Source: Eledone cirrhosa | Lineage: Eukaryota | Length of the DNA: 64,000 bases | Direction of reading: 5' to 3' | Assembly: GCA_964016885.1 (NCBI GenBank) | Contig: OZ024744.1 | Coordinates: 55,428,001 to 55,492,000 of the forward strand | Shown here: piece by piece, positions 42,210-54,095 of the stretch | How positions within the stretch are numbered: position 1 is the first letter of the stretch | Layout of the letters: each line of letters starts with the position of its first letter | The notes under the pieces: model-generated | What the model was told of the DNA's origin: nothing | Databases searched by the model: none | The model's input: the letters and a program-made list of their open reading frames with translations, nothing else | Translations under genes and position numbers: made by a program

Positions 42210-44914
42210 TCTATATATATAAAGTGAAGTTGGGCGTTGTTTGTTTGGTGTCCCGAACTTGCAGACTACACCGTTCATCCGATTTTCATGAAACTTGACA
42301 CATATATAAAACTCGACCCGTAGATTGAAATAGGCTACTTGAATTTTTCGATAATCGGGTCCCCAGAAGCCAAAAATCGTCCGATTTCGATGAAACTCGG
42401 CGCAAGTGTGTACTTTGATCCGGGGATGAACGTGAGCTACATTAAATTGGATCACCAGAGGCAAAAATCTATATTTACGAAATTTGTCCGATTCCAATGA
42501 AATTTGACGTAGGTATGTATTTTAATGCGGGGATCAACGTGGGGGTACTTGAAATTTTCAAAAAATCGATAATCGGATCCTCTAGAGGCAAAAATCGATA
42601 TTTTCAGAATTCGTCCGATTTCAATGAAATTTGATATTACCACAATAATAGATCCATTAGGAATTACTCCAAGGCTGCAAAAATTCAGAAAGTTTTTTTT
42701 AAACTCATAAATCATGCGTTAAATGAGACCTTTAAGAGTTAGGGCAGACAATTATTCATAGTTTAATTATCAATGGCGCAATATTGTGGAAATATGCAAA
42801 TCTACACCTTTCTTTATGGGAAAATGGAAGGCTTTACAAACAGATATTCAGGGTTCTTTGAGTAGAATTCTTAATTCTTAAATAATTGTACAGTCAACAA
42901 AATATAGGACAGAATGTTTTTCATTTTTTTTTCAAAAATCTTTCGATTTCAATGAAATTTAATGTGTATGTATTCGAACACAAGCACTTTTAGTTTACAC
43001 CTGGCGCAATCAAAATCAATTTTATATGCCCATATAAGCTTTTTGTGAACAACAATAAATCCGGCCGTCTCACTAAACGGACCTTTACAGAATTTGCCCA
43101 CTTACTTATCAGTGAGTTAGTGCTTATTTATTTAGTCTACTTGCATGCCATTTCAGTTAAATTTAATTCATTTTTCGCCTTCCTTAAATTTAAAATCCCC
43201 ATTGGGACTAGGAGATTGTCGACATCTTAGCGTTAAACTTTTCATATTCCCCCTTATTCAAGTGCAAATACAGTATTATCCCTATCTGAAAGGAAACCAA
43301 ATTTAATGGTGTCTTTTGTAATGCCAAAAGCTAAAAGCGGTGAGTAAATTTTCAAACGATCTTAAATAATCATGCTTTTTGAAAAAAATTTACTAAATAA
43401 TATTTTGACCAAGTTGTATTGGACACATACAAAGTTGTAAAAAATGTTACGTCCGTACTAATTTTTTCCTTTTTTAAACAAAAGGTTCTAAAAAATTACT
43501 TAATTCATAACACTACTGTCACAGCCTTTTGCACAGGAAGTGAGTAAGTTTTCGGGTTTTTAAACGTAAGTTCACAGTTCCGCGCAACGGCGTGTAGGCC
43601 AACCAGGAAAATGCTAGCTTCTTTACTTTTAGTCTAGATCTATTACTTCTGTTAGAGCCGTGATTGATTACCATTGTATTATTTATACATAAGGCTCACC
43701 GGAATATAAAGCGCAAAACTGTTTTTTGATGAAATTTGGGTATTTTAAGTGCACTTTATAGGCCGGAAAATTCGGTAAGTTATTATAATCATATTTCCAA
43801 ACCTTCCCATTCACCAGTAACCATGCTAGCGAATCTGGTATCACCTCTCTCTGTACTTAATCACCCCTCTCTAACCTAACAGCTTCGTTACACGTCGTTA
43901 TGCCCACACGGAAACGTTCAAGACTTACCTCCAAAAAAGATACAGCTACTGCTCTGAAGACGACGAATTAGGCGTTCTCAGGTATGCGTTCATTCACAAT
44001 TGGTTAATCCTTTATGCAATATTCTCCCTTAATGTTAGCAAGTACTGCGTTTATTCTAACTGTCACCACTTTTAAGCAACTACAACATTCTAATCGTAGT
44101 TATATTAAATGTATTGACTAACTTTGATTCCCTTTTGTTCATATTACACTTTTCTCATTTACTATTGGCACAGTGCCTTTGGCTTAGCTAACCAGTAACA
44201 TTAATTAACTTTCTCTAGGAAACACCTGCTGAGCGCGAATCTCGACTCGCTGATAGACGTTTTTCCTGGCTGGTTGAGTCACCAACATCTCGTACGGCGA
44301 GGCTTGCTGGCGTTCACCTTCGTCACCAACAAGCGCTTGCAGAGGAGTCACCAACATCCCGTCAGACGAGGCTTGCTGATGTTCGCCTTCGTCGTCAACA
44401 AGCGCTTGCAGAGGAGTCCACGGCAGACAGAGACAACAGGCTTGCTGCTAAGCGTTCCCGGCATACATTAGCTACTGCTGCCAAGAGCTCAGGCTGAGTA
44501 AAAGCAGCCTTCAGATATAACCCCTCTGAGGATTACGGACTTCTGCCTACAGTTTCCATTGGCAAAATGGATAATGTCTGTACACCCTGCAAGGCAATGA
44601 AGTGACCAGGCGAGGCGCCTTCTGTGTGCTGTGCAGGAGGTAAGGTGCAACTAGAGGCATTGGCTGACCCGCCAGACGTTCTTCTGAATCTACTTACAGG
44701 TGACGACACTAGGGCTACAACGTTCCCTCGTGGCATGTGGAAATACAACTCCTGTTTCAGGATGACACTCCTTTGGTGTAGACAATAACAACACCAACAA
44801 CAGCGTGAACCCCAACAACGTTGCACCTGTGATGCGCGGGAAGTAACTTTCACACATTTTAACAACAGAGCAAAGGTCAAATTACACCCGGGCAACGCCG
44901 GGTGCTTCTGCTAG
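42210..44914 (+). mobile_element. Internally deleted Helitron with a RepHel N-terminal remnant
   Basis: A|TC 5' end; 3' hairpin CACCCGGGCAACGCCGGGTG then CTAG|T; subrepeats near the 5' end; IGKMDNVCTPCKAMK*PGEAPSVCCAGGKV..PP..LL..YNSCFRMT at 44555-44770. Confidence 0.88.
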
Positions 44915-44930
44915 TATATATATATATATA

Positions 44931-45060
44931 TACAAGTGGAAGCTTAGTAAAATCGAAGCTTTGGCTGTGGCCAAGCAAAATCGACCTACAATAAGGAATG
45001 AGTTAGCAAAGCACTCCTTAGAGTAATAACATACGTTTAAATAGCTTGACAAATTGAAAA
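44931..45060. repeat. Dispersed repeat of unknown class; second copy at 58496-58636
   Basis: Both begin TACAAGTGGAAGCTTAGTAAAATCGAAGCTTTGGCT immediately after (TA)n. Confidence 0.85.
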
Positions 45061-45547
45061 TTGTGGTAGGCAAAACCCAACCACACAATACCGAAGTAAC
45101 GAATCTTCGCCGGTAAAACATATATATGTATATATAACGGAATACTCCTATGTTTTACCGGCGAAGATTCGAAACCGAATCTGAGGTTTCTCGCCTCAGG
45201 GACCACCCATTATTGGAAGGGTCCCACCATTGTCCTGTGAAGACAACGATGATAAACGTACATTCCACTTGACATGAGACCCCAGCTTCCTGGGAGAAGA
45301 TATCCACATGGCTGATCATAAATCAACCTCATATACACATCCTTCTAACTATAGCATTATTATAAATACAATGAGTTAAGGAATCCAGCAGCCAGAGAGA
45401 CCAAAGCAAGCAGTCCGTGTTAAGGTTAACGATGTAGCAGACCTTTTACTCTTTCTCTCTCCTGGCCTCACTGGTTATCACCTTCTCGGCCACAGATACA
45501 GCCAGACATGAAGCAGCAGTGCTTGAGAAGAATAACGTATTCTAAGA

Positions 45548-45549
<2 letters not shown>

Positions 45550-45642
<93 letters not shown>
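45550..45642. repeat. (CA)n microsatellite
   Basis: Direct read. Confidence 0.99.
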
Positions 45643-45645
<3 letters not shown>

Positions 45646-45860
45646 TAAGTTTCATGTATTCTTCCGTCTTCTTGTTGAATCACTTATATTGTATCGTTGT
45701 GTTGATACATGCATGCACGCTAGCTCGAAGTAGCTAGCTACCAAATTAATATAACGATAAATTCTGTCACATATTGTTATCGTAAAATAAACATTGTCAA
45801 CATCACAATCATGGCATTATTCTTTTCATCAAGCACCCATCAAAGAATAACATTTATCCG

Positions 45861-45930
<70 letters not shown>

Positions 45931-45933
<3 letters not shown>

Positions 45934-46224
45934 AAGATGAAATAAAGATGGTTATAATAGTTCCGTATATTTTAGTATACGTATTTCGAATACAAAATCA
46001 GCCTGGGACAGATGTTGTGTTCTCTTCAGATAAAAATAAGGTACAGATATGAGGCATAATAGCACTTGTTTATAGGAAAGTGCTAAGTCTACATATGACA
46101 GAAATATATGTGTTAATACTATAGTAAGAAATAGATAGGAAATTAGAAGAAAGGATGATTGTGTATTCGAAATACCTATAATAAAATATATGGAACTATT
46201 ATAACGATCTTTATTTCATCTTTA
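45931..46224. mobile_element. Fold-back Penelope-type pseudo-LTR remnant
   Basis: Imperfect inverted arms 45931-46000 and 46156-46224 next to (TA)n; contains a hammerhead motif. Confidence 0.7.
45969..46036 (-). ncRNA. Type I hammerhead ribozyme motif (stem I partly mutated)
   Basis: Minus strand: tttttat-CTGAAGA-gaacacaa..ttgtattc-GAAA-tacgta-TA-ctaaaat; the inverted arm preserves TA-ataaaat. Confidence 0.75.
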
Positions 46225-46316
46225 TTATATATACTCCAGTTCTACCAACTGTTGACTGCTACTTATCTGATATATGCATAGTTTTATTGTTCTACAATAT
46301 TACTTACCTTCTATAT

Positions 46317-46349
<33 letters not shown>

Positions 46350-46362
46350 ATGCATATGTGTG

Positions 46363-46393
<31 letters not shown>

Positions 46394-46433
46394 ATATATA
46401 TGTATAACTCACTCTTTGTCTCTCTCTCTCTCT

Positions 46434-46481
<48 letters not shown>

Positions 46482-46485
<4 letters not shown>

Positions 46486-46661
46486 GTTTCTACTTTAGGC
46501 ACAAGGCCAGCAATTACCCAGTGCATTACTGGTACTTTATTTTATCGACCCCGTAAGGATGAAAGGCAAAGTCAACCTTGGCGGGATTTGAACTCCGATC
46601 GTAAAGGGACATAACTATGCTGGAAAGCATGGCGTCCGACCCTCTACCGATACTGCCAATC

Positions 46662-46663
<2 letters not shown>
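46482..46663 (-). mobile_element. Near full-length SINE embedded in (TA)n
   Basis: Near-identical to 35331-35510. Confidence 0.92.
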
Positions 46664-46927
<264 letters not shown>

Positions 46928-47149
46928 CAGAGGGGAAGGGTAACCTGGAAAGCAGGGCATGCAGTCCAATCGCCATGGCGGAAAGTGGGATTGTGCAGCC
47001 TTACCCCCCACCCAAAACCCAATTCCCTCTAAATGACCCTCCCGGTCAAAGCTGCATATAGTGTTATCTAGTGTGTGTGTGTGTGTTATCTTTTTATTTG
47101 TCTACGATTTAGTAAGCAGCCAAAATTCTGCTTGCTTCAACCGATGCTT

Positions 47150-47278
<129 letters not shown>

Positions 47279-47968
47279 CTACTACTTGTTTTGCTTCTTT
47301 GTTTTCATTAGAAGGCTAAAGACTATACCTCCGACGAATTTTTTGAGTCAGCTGTGGTTGATTTATAATCGATAATTTGTGATCGATAACCCTTCACATA
47401 GATCGATTTTAAATTCTACTTTTGACTTAATATTGCTCTGGATAATGTCTATTGAGCTAATTTATTATGAATCACATAATTCTAACATATTTAATGTGTT
47501 ACATTTGTATATATATACTGCTAGCTTGTGTAGTGTGCATATTGATATTATACGCAAATATATATGCATGTAGATATGATACATCAAATAAAATCGTAAT
47601 TGACAACATACACAAAAATTGAACGAAGACTGCGTTACACTGTCTTATGTAATCAGTATCGTAATCCATGATACATTAAAAAAAGACAATATTATATATA
47701 AACTGCATTAGGAGAAAATTAGTGACGGAAATCTATGAATGTTTATTTAAGCTAACCGAAAGTGTTGACATTTGAAAATTTTAAAGAAGTGAATCTTAAA
47801 ATAAGCAACAAAATTATTTATATTTAATCAAGAATAACGAAATTTAGTAAATAAATTATATAATATTCATTCATTATTTATTCAAAGTAATCCAACTTAT
47901 TTTACAAACGGGATAAAAAAAATATATATATTCTGGACGCAGTCCCGCACTCTTTACTTTATTATGTA

Positions 47969-50014
47969 CCAGATTGATTTCATTCTGGTGAGGAAAAAGT
48001 GGCGGAATAGTGTTCTGAATACAGAACCATACAACTATTTCAGTACACTGGGCAGTGACCACCAGCTTGTTATGAGTGAGGTCCAGGTGAGCTTAAGAAA
48101 GAGCAAGGCTCACCCCCGGAGAGCAATCTATGATTGGGGAGCTTTCAAGGAAGATGATATGCTACAGGAGAGGTTCACAGTAGAAGTGAGGAACAGGTTC
48201 AGTGCTCTGTGTGGAGAGACAAAGGAGAGAGAGATTGGAGGGACTGAGGAGAGTGTGACGAGGAGGTACGGGTACTTCACCAATTCAGTGACGGAAGCAA
48301 GTGAGACCCTGGTGCCGAGGAGAAAGAACAAAAGGAAGCACGTCAGCTCTGCAGACCCAAAAGTGTGTGCAGCCAGAGAACACCTGAAAGCTGCCAAGGA
48401 CCAACTCTATGCTGATCCTACGGAGGAGAGGATGGAGATTGTGGAGGTGATGAGGGAAGAACTCTGTACCGCTTACACCGAGGCCAGAGTGCAGGCACTG
48501 AAAAGAAGATCAGAAGTATGGAGAGAGCGGTTGACAGATCTGGATGTAAGGAGAGCTGGATGATCATCAACCAGATCACAGGGAGGAAGAGAAGGTGTTC
48601 GAGTCAGATCCAGGGAACAGAGCCTGGGGATTGGAAGGGGAAATGGCTAGACCATTTTCCGACCCTACTAGGAGAGCCGCCCTCCACAGCTCAGAGCACT
48701 GGGGAGATCAGGTGGCTGTTTGAGGAACTGGATATTAAGACAGGTCTCTTCACCAGAGAGGAGCTTCAGTGAGCCAAGAAGAAGATCAAGGAGGGCAAGA
48801 CTCATGGAGAATATGGAGTGGCATCAGAGGTGATGAAGAGGTGTGATTTTGATATCATCCTGGAGTTCTGTAATCAGGCACTGGAGAAAGGAGTTACCCC
48901 GAATCAGTGGAGGATCAGTAACATCTTCCCAATGCCAAAGAAGGGAGATCTCTCTAACACAAACAACTACAGGGGGATCTCACCGACGTCACTTGTGGGA
49001 AAGACCCTCAACAAGATGATTCTTAAGAGGATCCAGCCCGAGATGGAGAAGCTCAGGGACAACCAGAACGGCTTCAAAGAGGGAAGATCAACCACCAGTC
49101 ACATCCTGATGCTGAGGATGATATTAGAGGGAGCTAGAGCAAAGTGCCTTCCTGCGGTCATGGTTTTCATTGACTTTAGGAAGGCCTTTGATTCTGTGGA
49201 CCGTCACTGCCTGATGAAGATCTTACAGGTTTATGGAATCCCCAAGAAGATAGTGGACCTGATATCACTACTCTACACCAACACCAAAGCCCAAGTCATT
49301 ACACCTGATGGGATGACAGAGTTCTTTGAGATACTGGCTGGAGTGCTCAGGGAGATACATTGGCTCCCTACCTTTTTTATCATCGTAGTGGACTATTGTA
49401 TGCGCTTTGCGCTGGAGAAACACCAGGACTCTGGTTTTTCTGTAACACTGGCTCAGAGCAGGAGAGTTAAGGCGAAAAAGATATTGGATGCTGCATTTGC
49501 CGACGACATAGTTTTGGTGAAAATCACAGTGAAGGAGGCAGAGGATTTGATTCAGGAGGTGGAGACTGTGTCGATGAGTGTGGTCTGAGAATGAATGCGA
49601 TTAAGACAAAATATCTGGTACAGAATATTAAGAAGCCAGAGAAGATTACTAATGTAGGCGGGAAGCCGCTAGAATTGGTTGAGGACTTCCTGTATTTGGG
49701 AGCAAAAATTGGGAATACGGAAGATGTTGTGGTCGAGAGGAAGAGCAAAGCATGGGCAGCGTGCCACAGCTTGAGACCGGTGTGGAAGTTGGAACTTCGT
49801 AAAGACCTGAAGATCCGCCTCTTCATTGCTGTAGTGGAGTATGTGCTGCTGTACAGGTCTGAGACTTGGACACTGACCAAGAAACTCACTCAGATGGTGG
49901 ATGGGTGCTACACGAGAATGCTGAGGATGGCTCTGAACATTAATCAGTATACACTGAGGATGAAGAACTCAGAGCTGTACGGGAGCCTCCCAGAAGTCAG
50001 CTCAAAAGTGACAC
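47969..50014 (+). pseudogene. 5'-truncated, frameshifted copy of the RTE LINE at 55088-58222
   Basis: ORFs at 47964, 48518, 48818 and 49591 are collinear and highly similar to the 1044-aa ORF, from QIDFILVRKKW to SSKVT. Confidence 0.95.
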
Positions 50015-50099
50015 ATATATATGTACATATATATATATATTATATACATATGTACATATATACACACATGCAGATATGCACACGCACATATATTTAGAC

Positions 50100-50958
50100 A
50101 AAAACATATATAAAAATAAAAATAAATGTGGTAGATGGTTTCGAAGAGAAAGCAAAGGAAAAAACGAGTGCTCTATGTATAGAACAGAGCATTAAAAATA
50201 TATAAATATATAGATATATTTTGTTGTTGAAAGAATGTGATGAAGGCAAAAGAAAAATGAGTGCCCTATGTATAGAACAGCTGTAAATAATATTTTGTTG
50301 TTGAAAGTGTGTGATAAAGGCCCAAGGCGGTAAAATAGGAGAGAATGTTCAGGAAAAGGTGAAGTCAAGAAGTCAGTAATATATTAAAAAAAGTATGAAA
50401 TAAAGTAAAATAAAATAAGAGGGATTGTTCAAGGTAAAAGTAAGGGATAAGAAGAAATGAATAAAATAGGTGTAAGTATAAGTGATGAATGTGTGATAAA
50501 GGTCCATAGTGTTTAAAGTAAGAAAGAGTGTTCAAGGTTTAATATATGATAAGTGTTGAATGTGTGAAGAGGAGAGAGTGTTCAAGGTGGGTAAGTCTCC
50601 AAAATGGTGTTTTGATACCGAGAAAGGAGGTAAGTTCTTATATGTGGGCAAATTTTAAATATCTCAGAATTAGAGTTAGGACAGGTGTTACGAGATTTCA
50701 GATTCTGTAGAATTCTATATTTTTCTGTTACTCATAAAGTACACCTTCTTGTGCCTTTAACATATTCTTTTGATTGGTCTAAAATAAACCAATCAATTTC
50801 ATATGGTATCCCATGCTCTTTCATCTCCCACATTCTATTTGCCAGCGCCGTAGTTTTCTTTTTATTTATCCTGGTGTCGAAAGGAAGCGACGTGTGCATA
50901 GTATCTTTTTTTTAAGGTATCCTGGGTCATGCCAACATAACGTTCTCTGGTGAAAGGA
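50100..50958 (-). mobile_element. Penelope-like remnant: GIY-YIG C-terminal half plus 3' region
   Basis: Manual minus-strand translation of 50620-50958: ERYVGMTQDTLKKRYYAHVASF../KTTALANRMWEMK..IDWFIL..RCTL*VTEKYRI..NSNSEIFKICPH; parallels ORF 61842-63047. Confidence 0.8.
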
Positions 50959-51010
<52 letters not shown>

Positions 51011-51012
<2 letters not shown>

Positions 51013-51256
51013 CTATCTATCTAGGGCGGGTAAAATTCCCGTGATCCATGGACGAGTTCTCTCCAGCAGTCTCTGTCCCTCATTATCGCTGCCATGTCCT
51101 GCGTCTCCAACAGACTAGTGTCTATCCTTAGGGCATCAGCATATGTTAACCTCGGTCTTCCTCTTCCACTGTGTCCCTGTAGGGGCTCCCACAGGAGCAC
51201 TGAGTAAAGTGTCAACTCTGGATGTCGGTGAGCATGTCCAGCTAACCTCAGTCTCC

Positions 51257-51260
<4 letters not shown>
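51011..51260 (-). mobile_element. 3' end of the decayed RTE copy, inverted
   Basis: Encodes ...LWEPLQGHSGRGRP...HGSREFYPP* plus TAGA tail; begins where the 47969-50014 copy stops. Confidence 0.92.
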
Positions 51261-51290
<30 letters not shown>

Positions 51291-51295
<5 letters not shown>

Positions 51296-51370
51296 GTTTC
51301 TACTTTAGGCACAAGGCCAGCAATTACCCAGTGCATTACTGGTACTTTATTTTATCGACCACGTAAGGAT
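51291..51370 (-). mobile_element. SINE 3' fragment
   Basis: Matches 46482-46560. Confidence 0.88.
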
Positions 51371-51400
51371 ATATATAATGTATAATAAACAATACAATAT

Positions 51401-51478
51401 AATTACCTCATTACCAGAGGTTTCCCGAATAAGACGAATACAAGAAACGTTCTCATTCGTTCGTCAGACAAGGCAATT
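51401..51478 (-). ncRNA. Type I hammerhead ribozyme motif
   Basis: Minus strand: aattgccttgt-CTGACGA-a-cgaatgaga..tcttattcg-g-GAAA-cctctgg-TA-atgaggtaatt; 11-bp stem I with G-U pairs; first stem II pair mismatched. Confidence 0.7.
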
Positions 51479-51697
51479 TAAAACAGTGAAATATTTGAAA
51501 AATCTCCTCAAGAAAGGCAAAAGTTTAACAGGCAAAAAAAATATATAAATAAAAGTAATGCAAGAGATATATAAAAATAAAATAAGGAAATATAGTAAGG
51601 GTATGTGTATAAATGTGTGTATATGCACCTACAAATGTACAAAATAGTCTCTTACAACAAAATAGCTCTAAGAAAGAGATATTTCCGAGCCGTATAT

Positions 51698-52284
51698 TAT
51701 AATTGAATATAAAAGAAAAACGAACACAGACATATACATATATGTGTTCAAATCGTAAGGGACCTGATTCGCTAAGTGAAAAGAATACTAACTATAGACA
51801 ATTGGGTTTGCTTGTGTCAATTTAAGAAAAAATCAAGAAAATCAAGAAAATAAATACAAACTGGAATTGTGGTAACTACCAATCACCCAGACAACTCAGC
51901 GTGTCTCACAAACTTACACCAATAAAAATAGCAGCCAGGTTTATTCGACATTTGAAATAGCTCAACAAATTAACGGAACCGAATATATCAAAGGTATATA
52001 TTGAGTTAGGAACTCAAGTATCTGGGATACTAACCACCCACTGATGAGCATAAATTGGTAATTCTATTCACAATTAATTTTGCGAAATAACACCAAGTTG
52101 GCTGGGTGATTGGTAGTTACCACAATTCCAGTTTGTATTTATTTCTTGATTTTTTCTTAAATTGACACAAGCAAACCCAATTGTCTATAGTTAGTATTCT
52201 TTTCACTTAGCGAATCTGGTCCCTTACGATTTGAACACATATATGTATATGTCTGTGTTCGTTTTTCTTTTATATTCAATTATA
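51698..52284. mobile_element. Fold-back Penelope-type pseudo-LTR element
   Basis: Near-perfect arms of about 190 bp at 51698-51896 and 52096-52284; hammerhead at the spacer/arm border. Confidence 0.8.
52035..52108 (+). ncRNA. Type I hammerhead motif with mutated cleavage triplet
   Basis: caccca-CTGATGA-gca..tgc-GAAA-taacaccaagttg-GC-tgggtg; the inverted arm retains gttg-TC-tgggtg. Confidence 0.7.
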
Positions 52285-52318
52285 TATCTATATATATATA
52301 TATATAAGTATATATATA

Positions 52319-53200
52319 CTAGCAGTGGTACCCGGCGTTGCACGGGATAAGGTATTTTGGAACGCGGGCCGCCAACAGACCTAATCGTGGAAAAGCTGCA
52401 TGCCTGGACAATATGTAAAAAAAATAAACCGAATACTCTGATGGCTTGATAATCTTTAAGATTTTCCTCGATGAAGCAGGAAAAATGCAGGTTTTCACCT
52501 AATGCGGGCCCTAGGGGATCAAGAAAATGAATTTTTTTATGTGCATAATATATGCCTTGAAATTTCGGGAAAATCGGCTAGACGTAATGCCTCCAAAAAG
52601 CCTTAAGAAGCTGAAAAAATAAAGTGTTTCACCTAATGCAGGCCCTAGGCCATAAAAAAAGTTGGATTATCTTTACTCACGGTATGAAGAAGAGACTGAC
52701 TACTACATAGTTACAATTTTAAGGTAATCGGTCTGACGTAACGCCTAAAATAAAAACCTAAAACACTTTAAAAACGCAGTTTTTCACCCAATGCGGGCCC
52801 TGGGAGATCAAAAAGTTGAATAACACTCCCTGAAACATAAATAATACACATGTAAAGTTTGAAAAAATCGGTTGGGCACTTCTCGAATTTTAGGTATTCA
52901 AACTCACAGACACACACACATCCTCAGGGAAGTGACGTAATGCAGACAGCCAAACATACAGACAGATATTATAAGGGCGCGACGTTATATGTATCTAAAA
53001 AGAGAAAGACCAAGAATTATAGACAGAGATCGCGAAATCGCCTAATGCGGTCCCTAGGGCATTGAACATTTTGCTCAGAACACTCCCTGAAACATAAGTA
53101 TTACATGTGTAAAGTTTGAAAAGAGTCGGTTGGGTGTTTCTAGAGTTTTAGGGATTCAAACTCACACACAGACAGACATCCTCAGTTTTATATATATAGA
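52319..53200 (-). mobile_element. Non-autonomous Helitron, tandem unit A
   Basis: Minus strand: TCTATATATATAAAAC 5' end; CCCGTGCAACGCCGGG hairpin plus CTAG|T 3' end; internal subrepeat TTTCACCTAATGCGGGCCCTAG. Confidence 0.88.
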
Positions 53201-54095
53201 CTATCAGTGGTACCCGGTGTTGCTCGGGATAAGATATTTTGGAATGCGGGCGGCCAACAGACCTAATCGTGGAAAAACTGCATGCGTTGACAATATGTAA
53301 AGAAAATAAACCGAATACTCTGATGGCTGGATAATCTTTAAGATTTTCCTCGATGAAGCAGGAAAAATGCAGGTTTTCACCTAATGCGGGCCCTAGGGGA
53401 TCAAGAAAATGAATTTTTTTTATGTGCATAATATGCCTCGAAATTTCGGGAAAATCGGCTAGACGTAACGCTTCAAAAATGCCCTAAAAAGCTGGAAAAA
53501 AATGGAGTTTTTCACCTAATGCGGGCCCTAGGCCATAAAAAAGCTGGATTTTCTTTGCTCACGGTATGAAGAAGAGAAGAGACTGACTAATACATAGCTA
53601 CAATTTCAAGGAAATCAGTCTGACGTAACGACTCAAAAAACCCCTAAAAACATGAAAATAACGCAGTTTTTCACCTAATACGGGCCCTAGGGGATCAAAA
53701 AGTAATGCACATGTAAAGTTTGAAAAAAGTCGGTTGGGTACTTCTCGAGTTTTAGGGATTCAAACTCACAGACACACACACACAGACAGACACCCTCAGG
53801 GAAGTGATGTAATGCAGACAGTCAAACATAGAGACAGATATTATAAGGGCGCGACATTATATATATGTATCTATCTAAAAAGAGAAAGAATAAGAATTAT
53901 AGAGAGAGATCGCTAAATCACCTAATGCGGTCCCTAGGGCATTGGAAATTTGAATTTCTTTTTGCTCAGAACACTCCCTGAAACATAAGTATTACATGTG
54001 TAAAGTTTGAAAACAGTCGGTTGGGTAGTTCTCGAGTTTTATGGATTCAAACTCACACACACACAGACAGACATCCACAGTTTTATATATATAGA
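53201..54095 (-). mobile_element. Non-autonomous Helitron, tandem unit B
   Basis: Direct repeat of unit A, abutting with no spacer; terminal CTAG mutated to ATAG. Confidence 0.88.

Noticed and set aside
44935-44957. TGG-starting tRNA primer-binding site of an LTR element
   Set aside because: Spacing does not fit a tRNA 3' end, and no LTR or gag/pol is visible.
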